DNA of 64,000 nucleotides from Octopus sinensis. Lineage: Eukaryota. A program made the translations under genes and the position numbers. Shown here one piece after another: positions 39,576 through 52,348 of the stretch. The stretch is from positions 106,082,001-106,146,000 of the forward strand of contig NC_043004.1 of NCBI RefSeq assembly GCF_006345805.1, read 5' to 3'. A model generated the notes under the pieces. It ran no database searches. It saw only the letters and a program-made list of their open reading frames with translations, and was not told where the DNA came from. Numbering within the stretch: position 1 is the first letter of the stretch; each line of letters starts with the position of its first letter.

Positions 39576-41884
39576 CTTTGCCCTACATGAACATATTAAA
39601 ACTTGTAAAATATTGACCAGTTGAATAGAAAACTTAGACTGTTAAAGTTTTAAAGTTGCCATCTTTTCAACATCTGTTACCATCTCATCAATATGGTATT
39701 GTACTTTGTTACTGAGAACAACAACTACCTTCTAAATGTATGTGTTATACCATTTTATTGTATGTTAAAGGGAATATTATAAAAGGCCTAAATTCCCTTT
39801 TTTGATATCAGCATGAGATCAAGACTTGGGAAATGGCTTTAAATTGGACATTTACCAAAAATTTTTCCAGTTTTGTGAAAAAAAATAATTACAGCTTTAT
39901 TTTATCTGAATACTTTCTCTCAAGGCATCATTACATCATTTCCTTAAGTCTTTTCACATAACATACATACACGTAGGTACTGTCTGCCTCATTGGTGATT
40001 AAGGAAATAAAACAAAATTTTGAATATTCCTGTTTATATTGCCAACATTTTTTTCTTTTTAGCATTGAAGGTTGGCATACTGTAAAATTGATTTTGTGTG
40101 TGGGTGTTCTTTATGTCATGAGAGCAAAGTTTCAAAAAGAGATGGGGGATTTTGAAGGATTGCTTTGGTATAATGGTGGAAAACCTGTCATGTTTACAGA
40201 AACTGGGTTCAAGTCTCATGAGCAGCCTTCAAGTTTTTCCATCTGAGGGTTTTTTAACATATTTAAACACTATGACTTATAGCCTTAACTACTTTGAATT
40301 CCACTCTTGAAAACAATTTATTTCATATACACACACGCACAGAATCCTTATGAATGCAATAACATAAGCTGATCTCTTCAAAATAGTCTACTTATTTTAT
40401 AATTACATTATGATACTAATTCAATTATTTCCTCTTTCATGTTTTACTTGGTTGCCAATTTCTGCAGAGAACCATGTGACATAAACAAACAACACACAAA
40501 CACAAAAGCAAAAATACATTCCTGTTGTAATTGATTGAAAATAATTGTGTGTGTGTGTGTGTGTGTGCATACCAACACATTGAGGAGTGGGGATTAATAT
40601 GCATATTCACAGCTCTGAAATACCTGTGGATATACAAATTGTCAACAGTCAAATAATTACTCTTTCAAAACAAAGTTACACTGAAATGTTATAGATTTTA
40701 TTGGTAAAAATTAGCAAAAAGAAAAAAAATGTAAAAACTTTGAATAATCAAAATGGAGAAAATATGTTGGCTGGCCAGGGATATGCATGAGGTTATATTA
40801 TTCTGTAATATTCTGAAACCACCTTGGCAATGTTTGCCCATGAAGGGCACTGGTAATGGTGCCATGTAAAAAGCACCCAGTACACTCTGTAAAGTGGTTG
40901 ACATCAGGAAGGGCATCTAGCTGTCAAAACCAAGCCAAAATAGACCATAGAACCTTGTGTGGCTCCTGGCCTTGCCAGCGCCTGTCAATCTACCCAACCC
41001 ATGCCAGTATGGAAAATGGATGTTAAATGAGATTGATGATGTATTGGTGTATGCTACTGTTGCAATGTATTTGCATCTATCTACCTGTCTGTTCATCCGG
41101 TGTTGTTTTGTTTATGTTCAGCAAAAGCGACCAACAGAATAAGTACCAGACTTTGAAAAGAAATCTCTGGAACTGATTTGATCAATTAAACCCTTAAGGC
41201 AGTACTCGAGCATTGTTGCAGTACAGTGACTGAAACCAGTAAAAGAATAAAAGAATGTGTGTGTGTGTGTGTGGTTGAACTTAGAAAAGTTTGTTGTACC
41301 TGACTCATCTGAATATTCATGTCACAGTTGATATAAGTAAAATATAGTGAAGCAAGGAAAAAAAGAAAAAACTCATAAAATGTAGTTGTAATGATTTACC
41401 TGAGAAATCTAAACATGTATGTGGTTGTTAATTATTGCATTAGGCTTCGTGAATGAAGTAAAGCAGTTGAGTTGGCACAAAACAGTAGCTAGCTATCAGC
41501 ACAGAATAGGTAGTCGAATTGATACTCGTGATAGACAGTGGAATTGGCACAGATAGTAGAGATCTGGCAGTAAGTGCAGGCTAGGTTGTTGAATTGATAT
41601 TCCTGGTAAGCTGCTGACATTGGAGTTGGCACAGTACAGTGGTGTGAATGCTCTACCACCTTGTACTGTTGTCTCTTTGGTGTTATTGCAGTCTGTTGAA
41701 GGCTGGAAGTTGAGTTGATACAGATTGCAGAGCAGCGTCTGTAGAGATTTGGCACACACAAGAGAGCTTTGTGAGTTGAGTTGGCATTTCTAGAAGAAAG
41801 GTGGATGTCAAGAGAAAGTCCTGGTGTTCATACAAACAGAAGAGTTTGTGCTGGTGGTTGAGATTAGGACAGAACCTGTAGACA

Positions 41885-42230
41885 TCATCATCATTTAACC
41901 TCCGTTTTCCATGCTGGCATGGTTTGGACAGTTTGACCAGAGCTGGGGAGCTGCACCAAACTCCAGTCTGGTTTGGCAGGGTTTCTATGACTGGATGCCC
42001 TTCCTAACACCAACCACTTTACAGAGTGTGCTGGGTGATTTTTTTACATGGCACTATGTGGACACTTTTATGTGACACCACCCACATGCTTTTATGCAGC
42101 ATTGCCAGGAGTGCTTTTTCACCATCAGATGGACCGACCTTAATACTTCTGCTGCTGAGTGCAGCAAAAATGTTAAGGCCAGTCCCTCTGGTAGTGAAAA
42201 GCACTCATGGTGGTGTCATGTAAGTGATTA
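41885..42230 (-). mobile_element. Family C element containing a long internal hairpin
   Basis: CATCATCATCATTTAACCTCCGTTTTCCATGCTGGCATGG tail in reverse orientation; palindrome at 42109-42206. Confidence 0.8.
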
Positions 42231-42285
42231 AGTGTCTTAAATGTTTCTGTACCACTTTAACACTGTCTCCTGCTTAGGTATTTAA

Positions 42286-42500
42286 CCCTATAATATTCAG
42301 ATTATCCTGTCAAATATAATGCTTATTTATTTACATTGTTCTGAATTAATCCTTCATTATCTTTTAGCATCAGGATTTTGATGTTTGTTTATTTTTAGAA
42401 TGGTATTCAAGGACAGATATTAGAGGTTGGACCTGGTCACTATGAGCATAAAACAAATAAAATATTTTGGTCAGATATGGCCAGATTAAATGCTAAAGGG
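42286..42500. mobile_element. piggyBac-like MITE with TTAA TSD
   Basis: TTAA at 42282-42285 and 42501-42504; CCC..GGG termini. Inverted relative to 48442-48662. Confidence 0.85.
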
Positions 42501-43877
42501 TTAAAAGATTATCTTTCTCTTTTATCTTTTACTTGTTTCAGTCATTGGACGGCAGCCATGCTGGAACATTATCTTGAAGGGCTTTGTCAAGCAAATTGAC
42601 TCAGTGCTTATTTTTTAGTCTTATATTTATTCTTTTTGTTGAGTCACTAAGTTACAGGACATAAACAAACCAACACTGGTTGTCAAGTGGTTAAATACAC
42701 AGTCACACACACACACACACACATGTACGATGGGTTTCCACTCAGTTTCCATCTATCAAATTCACTCACAAGACATTAGCTGGCCGGGGACTGTTGGGAC
42801 TGAACCCTAAACTATTTGGTTGCAAAACGAGCTTCTTAGCCCCTCACAGTTCCATTTGTCTGTCATGAACAGAAGAAGAATCTTACACTTCAAATGTGAC
42901 CCATCATCTAAGAACAAATTAAAATTTTCAAAGATTGCTTTTAAACTACAACTAAAATTGCTTAAAGTGTCTCAACATGTTGGGTTGTATTTGTCATATC
43001 TAATATAGTTCAGCAATTGTTTCCAGCCATGCCCTGTTTAATTATATTAATACATTATATTTGAATGTTTTATCATTAATTATTTTGTAATTTAAATTTA
43101 ATTATTTCATGGCAAATTGTTTTTCTTTTTCTGTTTTTTTTTTTTGTTTGTTTCTTATTAAAACATTGTTCTAATTTACAATATTAGGTCATTTATGTTC
43201 TACAGTTAAGGAATTTTCTTTCAATCCTCCACTCCTGAATAAATTAGTTTTATAGTCAATGTTCTACTAATTATTTATTGTATTCTGAAATAGGATATAT
43301 TGTAATAGTCTTTGTTATTTATATATTACAACATTGGTAGGAAGTCATAGTTTGTTGCTGTTTATGAATTCATTTTATCTCGAGTTTGTTGTTACTTAAT
43401 CTCCAGTCATCTCTTGATCTTGTAGACACGTGTAATCTAAAGCCTTCTGACCATGACCATCCTCTCTTTTTATCCAGGCTAGTTCCTTTGTTCTTTTTTT
43501 GTTTGTCATTTGACTGTGGCCATGCTGGGGCTTTACCTTGATGGGTTTAATTGAACAAATTGATCCCAGTACTTTTTTTTTTAATCTGGTACTTATTCTA
43601 CGGGTTTCTTTTTTGCTAAACCACTAAGTTATGGGGATGTAAACAGACCAACACCAGTTGTCAAGTAATGATAGGGGGCAAACCCTAAGATACACACATA
43701 TATGTTGGGTTTCCACACAGTTTCTATCTACAATGTTCGCTCACAATTAGTTGGCCCTGGGCCATAGTAGAAAATAATTGCCCATGGTGCTGCATAGTGG
43801 AACTGAACCTGAAGCCACAGTGTTGCAAAGCAAGTTTATTAACCACACACAGCCATGCCCATGATTGCCTATTCTCT

Positions 43878-44259
43878 TTACTCTTTTACTTGTTTCAGTC
43901 ATTTGACTGTGGCCATGCTGGAGCACCACCTTTAGTTGAGCAAATCAACCCCAGGACTTATTCTTTGTAAGCCTAGTACTTATTTTATCAGTCTTTTTTG
44001 CCGAACTGCTAAGTTACCGGGACATAAACACACCAGCATTGGTTGTCAAGGGATGTTGGGGGACAAACACAGACACATACACACACACACACATATACAT
44101 ATATACGATGGGCTTTTTTCAGTTTCCGTCTATCAAATCCACTCACAAGGCTTTGGTAGGCCCGAGGCTGTAGAAGACACTTGCCCAAGGTGCCGCACAG
44201 TGGGACTGAACCTGGAACCATGTGGTTGGTAAGCAAGCTACTTACCACACAGCCACTCT
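43878..44259 (-). mobile_element. Near full-length family A SINE
   Basis: Reverse complement of 36128-36514. Older minus copies at 42512-42845, 43500-43860 and 46390-46560. Confidence 0.92.
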
Positions 44260-47029
44260 TATACCTACTATTGTTTTCTTTTAAAAAAAGGAGGGTGTGA
44301 TATAAGGAGAATTTGATCTGCAACTACCTGACCTTATTTCCTGACTTGGAGAACAAACTCCTTTCTCTAAACCACATTTAGATTCAGGCTCCCTTAGCTC
44401 CAGTTACTAGTTTGTGTCCCTTAGCCCTCTCATACTAGCATTCTGATTGCGTCAGTTTCGTTATTAACACTTAATGTTATCCTATTATATTTGTTAGTGT
44501 TGGTAATTTTTCGTAAATATTAATAACCATGCAATTCTCCTGCCAAAACCTGCTTTCACCCTGCCAGATGTTACATCCGATCAGAGCAATAATAACTGCA
44601 TTTAAGATCAATAAAGTCAATATATGCTGTAGTTAACCTCTTTTTTAAATTTTGATTTTCTTCATAGTGCCTGCAAATTCATTTAAGGATGGAAAATTTG
44701 GAAAGGAGTTTATTCTCCAATGAACATTGATATAACAACAGAGTTGTAGTAAGAATTAGATTGCTCCTCTTTGTTAAAATTAAAAGGATTTATTTAAACA
44801 CTCATCAAACGGACTGCATTTAATGGTATAAATGTTAGAATACACAACTGGCAACATGTGACTTTAGGCCAAATACTTTGTTAAAGGCTAGCATTTTCAT
44901 AAAAAAAACTTTATTGTATTTTATTTTATGAAAATTTGTTTGATGGTTATCTTAAATCTTCTGAAAAGGATATGAGACATTTTGGTACAGTCATTTTGGC
45001 GCTTCCTATTTGGCATTGTTGATTCGCCCTCTCTCTCTGTTTCTGTTTGGTGTGTGTCAACATATTTCTCTTCATGAGGAGAGGGAAAGTGTCAGTTGTG
45101 TTCTATTATTAACTTGGAATCTCTCTCTCTCTCAATGTATATGTGTGCGTATGTGTGTTTACCTCCAGTGCCAAAAAGTACTGTTGCCAAAACAGATTCT
45201 ATGTCCAGTCAGCCATACCAAATCACTAGCATCCAAACAACTGCACCCAATCATTTCATTCTGCTCCTGAAATTATTAACATGGTTTCCTGTCCTTAAGT
45301 CTACTGAGTTGCATAACATCTTTTTATATAACCTTACAACCAGAAGATTCCTGTCCAACACTCTTGTTTCTGTCACTAGTGGTGTTTTTATTTATCTTTG
45401 TCTATTTTCATTTTCTTTTTAGTAGTTTATTATCCCAATTTGGTTTGATGTTCCAAGTTCATTTGAAACCAATAACCCTCTTGTCATAACTACTTCTCTC
45501 ATTCTGCATCATAATCTCATCACCTTTCTTTGCACTCTATACTATATCTTAAATATCACACCTCCCACACAGTACTACATCACACTGTGTCACACAACAC
45601 CACAAGTTGCTATTACCTGTGTATCCCCAGTTGGCTAGTATTTCCATCGCTGATTCTGTGCAACCCCTGTAGTAAAGTGACTGCAGCTGATGCCACCGAG
45701 CCACACTTTATAAACAGCTGCACACTTCTGTTGCATAACAAGTTAACTGCTGTTGTGCAACCTAATTTGACATTGTTGTTTTGAAATCCAGGTATGTTCT
45801 TCATAGTTTTCTTTAGCAACAGTTACCTGTGTTCTTCCTGACACTGCTGAATCTTAACAACTCTTCTATTGATATATGATTCGTGTTTTTTCCCCTCCTC
45901 TACATAGGTGGAGCAAGATATAATGACAGTAGGCAGAATGCTAGTTCTTTACAGACGGATTATCAATCTGTCATATTAATTCCTTGGGCAAGGCAACAAA
46001 ATAGTCATCATTTCAGTTTACTTAGCTGAATATGTTTTAGATAGCAAAGCATAAAACAGTTACATGATAGGAGCATTAGTAGTGCTGTTTAATTCAAGAG
46101 AAACTCAGTAATTTCTATTTGTTTAGTTCGTATCCTGCTAAAACTAATTTGATCTTAAGGTATCTGTATGAAGAATAAAGTTGCAGACTAACAGGTCTGC
46201 AGATGTCATAAAAATCTCAGCACTAAACCTGGAGCTGCCTGTAACTAAAGGAGGCCCCTAAAAAGGAGCAATCATGTAATCTGTTAAAAAAAGCAGCTAA
46301 ATCTCCTTTAAATCATACCATATCTTCAAGTGAAGACATACTGATTAATGTAGTCCAAGATACACCGTATCTGCTAGATCAGGGGGCATTGCTGTGAAGG
46401 TTTAGTTGAACAAATTGACCCAGAACTTATTTTTAAGCTTGGTAGTTATTCTATCAGTTCTTTTGCCGAACTGCTACGTTACGGAGATGTAAACAAACCA
46501 ATGCCAGTTGTCAAATGGTGGTGGGACAAACACAAGAACATGCACACATATATGCTTATACACACACACACACACACAGGTACAAAACAAGGTGGAAACA
46601 AATAGTACTTGAATACCAAAAGTAGAGTAAAATGCTATTTTATTAACCCCCCCCCCAACCCTCACAAACTGTCACTCGGGGCCCCACATGACCATTTGTG
46701 AGACAGGAGTAATAAATCAGAATAAAGAAATTTTGTTAATTGTGAATAATATATAATATTTTATAGACACCATTTCAACATGTATATGTGACAGGCTTCT
46801 ACACATTTATCATCTATCAAATTTCCTCTCAAAACATTGGCCAATCTGGGGCTATGGTAGAAGACATTTTCCCAAGGTGCTGTGCAATGGGATTGAACCC
46901 AAAACTCAAGTGTGCAGTTAAGAAACAAAGTGAGCTTCTTAACCTCATAGCTATGCCGGCACCTCTGCAAATTTTCATTTTATTAATGTTCTGTAAATAT
47001 AACGCGCTTTTATTATTGTAGACATTATG

Positions 47030-47066
<37 letters not shown>

Positions 47067-47079
47067 GTTTCTGCGTTTG

Positions 47080-47270
47080 TGTTTGTCCCCCTCCATTGCT
47101 TGACAACTGATGTTGGCGTGTTTACGTCCCCGTAACTTAGTGGTTTGGCAAAAGAGCCAATAGAATAAGTAACTAGGCTTGCAAAGAATAAGTCCTGGGG
47201 TCAAATTGTTTGACTAAAGGCGGTGCTCCAGCATGGCCACAGTCAAATGACTGAAACAAGTAGAAAAGAA
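47080..47270 (+). mobile_element. 3' half of family A SINE
   Basis: Matches the family A tail. Confidence 0.88.
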
Positions 47271-47735
47271 AAAGAAAAAGTATTACCTAATATGCTGTAG
47301 TAATCCAGTTTTAAAATATAGCCTCAGAATTTCTGCTTGATTTGTTATTTCTCTGTCTCCCCCCCCCCTCTACCATCATTGTCTGTGCCCACCTCTCGGG
47401 TTGTTACGTTGCTTTCTTTTCCTCTCCGTCACCTTCTCTCCTCCCTCCCACTCTCTGAATAGATCCTTCAAAATTTCCACTTTGCTAACATTCATTTTAA
47501 AAAATACTATTATTTGCCAGCATCTGCTTTTTTTATAAATACAACAATTATTTATATAGAGAAATCTGAACCACAAGAAAAATATTCATCTTTCTTTTCA
47601 TTTCTTTTTTTTCTTTCAAAATTCTCTTTTATTCTTCATCTTTGGTTGTTTTTTTTTTGTTTTTTTTTTTGCTATATTACATATTTATTCACTTTTCTAC
47701 TGAATGCTATCACTTTATTCCAACATATCTCATAG

Positions 47736-47822
47736 AAACTTGTAAATTCTGAATTATCAGCCAGTATCTTCTTACTACATAAACTCTTTCGACAAATGCA
47801 AACTGTTTTGGACACAATTCAA
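47736..47822 (+). CDS. Candidate coding exon KLVNSELSASIFLLHKLFRQMQTVLDTIQ, phase 0-0
   Basis: Long T-rich tract and CATAG| acceptor; only one open frame; CAA|GTTGGT donor (non-optimal). Confidence 0.5.
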
Positions 47823-48083
47823 GTTGGTTCATGGCAATAACAAGTGACTTAGTCATACTAAAACTTTCAGAATGCCTCAGAAGTAGCCAACAATTTAATG
47901 TTGAATGGGTGGTGGCAGATAAATAAAAACTAAACAACAAACTAAAGATAAAGAAAATTAGAAAAAATAAACAAAATTGGTTTTATTTCTTTGTGTTCTT
48001 CACTGACATTTTATATATTTTTAAAATTAGAAAAATAAAAGGATTCTCCATCTGTTTTAACTATGATGAGTGTCTTTCTCAAG

Positions 48084-48280
48084 TGTAAAATCAATTTGGC
48101 AAAGTTGTTAGATCTTTGGATAAAGTGTCTGTCGGTGTTTGTTCCAGCTTCTTGTATTCGGAGTTCCAATCTCTCAATGGGTGAAAGAGATAATCCATCA
48201 CTCAAATACCACCACCTGCTAATTAGGGTTCCTTTAGCAGAATCTGCCTTGTTGCAAACATTCAGGACCAAATTTCCAGA
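48084..48280 (+). CDS. Candidate coding exon CKINLAKLLDLWIKCLSVF..RVPLAESALLQTFRTKFP, phase 0-2
   Basis: 65 open codons in AT-rich background; TTTTAAC..TCTTTCTCAAG| acceptor (alternative CCAG| at 48147); AGA|GTGAGA donor. Phase joins the 47736 exon. Confidence 0.5.
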
Positions 48281-48441
48281 GTGAGAATACCTCCCTCCCT
48301 CCCTCCCTCCTATTTGCCTCTGAGACCCTGTAAAGAGTCATAGGCCTTCCCTCTTTATCAAAAGAGCTAATAAGAAAGAAACCTTTTTATTGAATTATAG
48401 TGTAAGGTGGTTGAATATTCCACAGATACATGTACCCTTAA

Positions 48442-48662
48442 CCCTTTAGCATTTAAACCAGCCATATCTGGCCAAAATATTCTACCTGCTTTATGTTCAA
48501 ACTGGCCAAATCTGATCTCTCACATCTACCCTACAGTGTCTTTCTAAAAATAATCACATCATCAAAATCTTGAAGCTACAAGATGATTCATCATTAATTC
48601 AAAACAATATAAATAAATGCGAATAATAGTTTGTTTGGCAGAGAAATCTGAAAGCTAAAGTG
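48442..48662. mobile_element. piggyBac-like MITE with TTAA TSD
   Basis: TTAA at 48438-48441 and 48663-48666; TIR CCCTTTAGC/GCTAAAGTG. A further copy at about 51935-52140. Confidence 0.85.
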
Positions 48663-49167
48663 TTAATGCAATTCCTCAGTGTGTGACATGGTTTGTGACA
48701 AAGCTGATAGTCTACCTGATGAGTTTCTACATTGTTTATGAATAAGGGAGCTTGCTGAACAAGGGGCAGCAGCATGCTCATACACCACCTGTCTTTGCTG
48801 TCAAGTCTCCCATTGACTGATGGCTGGTGTCATTAACATCCACTCAATGATAATGGCCGAAGGTCTCTAAACAGGGACTGTAGCCAGATTCATGTTGTTT
48901 TCCAAAGGAATCTCAACCTCAAGGTGCTTGTCTTAGCTTGGCACACACCTGCTGTGTCCATGTGATAAGCAGCAGTGTTGCCTGTGGAATTGTCATTCTG
49001 TGGTGGTGCCCCATCCAGCATTTAGTGCCAGAGCTTGTGTCAATCTAAGTTGGTGGCAGAAGACATTTATCCAGAGTGCCTAACAGTGGGACTGAACCCA
49101 GAGCTTTATAATTGCAAAGCAAACTTCTTAATCCTTTGCTTATGCCTGTGCTCTTCAACATAGTTGC

Positions 49168-49173
49168 GTGCGT

Positions 49174-49244
<71 letters not shown>
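49168..49244. repeat. (CA)n microsatellite
   Basis: Direct reading. Confidence 0.97.
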
Positions 49245-49247
<3 letters not shown>

Positions 49248-49461
49248 ACGGATATTTATTAAAATGTTAAATTACATTAAATTTGATCATAAGATATACA
49301 GTTACACATGCATGCAAACTCGCTGATAAGAGCAAGTGTACACCATCTACTACAAGTGTACACATGCATTGGCATAAAATACACCCACCTCTAAACACTA
49401 GCAAAAACATGTGTGTTATATGTATATGTGTGTGTGTGTATAGATATTATATACATGTGTA

Positions 49462-49503
<42 letters not shown>

Positions 49504-49682
49504 ACAAATTCACATGCACACAATGAAACACACCCACAAGAGAGAGAGAGAGGAAGACAGAAAAAGTGAGAGGACATAGAGAGAAGAATACTCTCTGCTA
49601 TTGACTCAAATACTTGCACCAAGTTATGTACAAAAGCTCTGTGTTACTTGGTAGCTTTCTATAGTTATAGTTATTTTTGCAG

Positions 49683-49770
49683 TATGTTGCTATTTAATAA
49701 GGAACTCTCTGACCGTGTTTATTCTACGAAGAATAATTATTTCCTCATGACTTCATTTACTTATTGTTAA
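49683..49770 (+). CDS. Candidate exon (D)MLLFNKELSDRVYSTKNNYFLMTSFTYC*; terminal, or internal with a weak donor at 49715/49717
   Basis: TTATTTTTGCAG| acceptor; phase 2 matches the 48280 donor; retains CpGs in a depleted region. Confidence 0.3.
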
Positions 49771-50269
49771 TATCTTCTCAATATATCAGATCTTGAAAGA
49801 AAATAGAATGTTAACTCTGTGTCTTTCCACAATAGTCATTTGGTTATATTGCACAATGATCTCTTCAATCAATAGCAAATTTTGATAATATAATAGTGTG
49901 AGGGTGGGTATGGTAGAGCGCCAGACTAAATAATAAATGTCTTGCAGGATTTAGTTTCGTCCCCAATTTTTTAATATTTTATTTATTTATTTTGTTTTTT
50001 GTTCTCACTTTTACAAACCACAAATTTCTTACACACTGGGTAAATCTGCTCCCATTTACGACCGCATACTGTGATGTAAATGCATTATATGAATGTGTAT
50101 GTATGTATGTGTATGCACACATAGATATAGATGCCTGTGTATACATACATATATTTTAGTTTTATTAAAACTTGAGCTGAAGGTTTTAATAAAAAGTGCC
50201 ATATCTTCTGCAACATGAATTGAGCACTCCTTTCTCATTCGTCCAACATTAAGCAACATACACATTTGC

Positions 50270-50333
<64 letters not shown>

Positions 50334-50335
50334 AC

Positions 50336-50390
<55 letters not shown>

Positions 50391-50521
50391 GTATATGTTT
50401 GTGTATATATATGTGTAGTGTATGTTTGTATATAAATATATATGTGTGTGTGTGTATATATATATATATATGTGTGTATGTGTGTGTGTTTATATATCAT
50501 CATCATCATCCTTTAATGTCC

Positions 50522-50552
<31 letters not shown>
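50270..50552. repeat. Compound (CT)n/(TA)n/(CA)n/(TG)n microsatellite
   Basis: Direct reading. Confidence 0.95.
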
Positions 50553-50555
<3 letters not shown>

Positions 50556-51617
50556 ATACAGATAAGGAAATGATTTTAAATTCTCAAATGCAGGATAATG
50601 CTAATAACATAGCATGAACAGGATGAAATATCCATATTTTGCAGAAAAATCTGTTGGCAGCCGTTTGTGTGCATGGCTGTATTTAATTACTCAAATGTGC
50701 AGATAAATTTGTAGGGATTCTTTAGTTAAATACAAGGTCATAAATTCTAAGAGAGTAAACAGGCGATAAAATCAACCATCCCTATTTCTTGTAGTTGACT
50801 GGCACTTTATCCATTTCCCATATTAGGATGAAAGCAAAATTGACCTCACTATGATCCAAATTCAAAACACATTTTTTATACTCATACCCAGGAGTAGTTG
50901 AGCTGATTACATCAACCCCAGTGCTCAACTTGTACTTATTTTATTGAGCCTGAAAAGATAAAAAGACAATGTTGACCTTGGCAGAATTTGAACTCAGAAT
51001 GTAAGAATGGATGAAATACCACTAAGCATTTCTCCCAGCATGCTAACGATTCTGCCAGATTAATAAGTGATTGTTATTGTTTGTCAAAATAAGTTGTTCA
51101 TTGTTTAGTGCCCAGGTCTACTCTTATTGAACAGACCAGTAGTCAAAGGCTCTCCACCCATGTCTATCACCTCTTTCTCTCAAGTATATCTACTAAGTCT
51201 ACATGATTCAATGTACCTCTATTTTTTGAGGCAGTAGGTTGAAGATTTGATTGCTACTTTTAGCAGATAAATCGATCCCCCCCCCTAAAGACTCTTTCAT
51301 TAATTCATAGAAGCTATTGTTAGAGAAAAATACATAATGGAATGAATGAAGTTTTGGCAAATGGAATCTACAAAACTAATTTGATTCCTCTTTGGAACAT
51401 CTCTCTAGGCATAATTTTTCACATGTAATTACACACATTGGTATACTCACAGATTCCACACCTTTCATTCATTTCACTTATGTCTGTTCCCTTTCTCATC
51501 ATCATCAGCACCATCATTATCATCACCTTGTAGACCTGCCATCACCACCAACACTTTTTTTCTTTTATCATGTCATTTTCCATATCGGGATTTTAAAAAA
51601 AAATATGTTATCAGAAG

Positions 51618-51661
51618 TGAGTCAGGTGAGTCACTTTGGCCACAACAGTTGCTATGGAAAC
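51618..51661. promoter_or_regulatory. Two AP-1-type TGAGTCA sites and an RFX X-box-like motif
   Basis: TGAGTCA at 51618 and 51627; GTTGCTATGGAAAC at 51648-51661 fits GTHNYY-AT-RRNAAC. Confidence 0.45.
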
Positions 51662-52348
51662 TCTACAGTGATATGATAACGTGTAAATTGAGAACATGCG
51701 AAACAAGTTTTGGCTTCATGGCAGGATGTCTCTTTTTTTTTAATTTCATTTTCACCAAATGCAATGTTTAAATGATGCAGTAACCGAATGATTATTGATG
51801 ATGCATTGCGCTATTGGTGTTGTTGAGTCTTTGGTCAATCCTTATATAGCAGACCTATGAGAGATGTTTCACTTGTAATTAACCTATCCAAATGTAGTAT
51901 ATTTAGGTCTACATTACATTGTATTCTTCAATGAGTTCAACTCTTTGGCATTCAGATTACTCTGCCAATGCAATCCTTGTTTATTCACATTGTTTTGAAT
52001 TAATCCTGCATTATTTCATAGCTCTCGGATTTTGATGATGTGATTGTTTATTTTTAGAATGACATTGTAGGGTAGGTGTGAGAGGCCAGATCTAGTCAGT
52101 TTGAGTCGGATATGGTCAGTTCAGGTGCTAACAGATTAAATGCAAGGGTTTGCTATGAAAATCACCTGTAAGTAATGCTTTGATGTTACCTGAAACCTCC
52201 TGGCATCTGGTTTGCAGAGCTTTTGATTAGCAGCACTTGCACAAGCAAGTTGTCTGCAAGTCTTTGTGTTAATATCACTTTGAAATCACTTCTCGTTCCT
52301 TGAAGTGGTAAAGTCTCATTTTGGTATCATTACCCATACTAAAGTTGT

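Noticed and set aside
44668-44748. Exon-like segment (GWKIWKGVYSPMNIDITTEL frame)
   Set aside because: The open frame needs a weak AAG acceptor, and joining it to the next candidate exon creates a stop.
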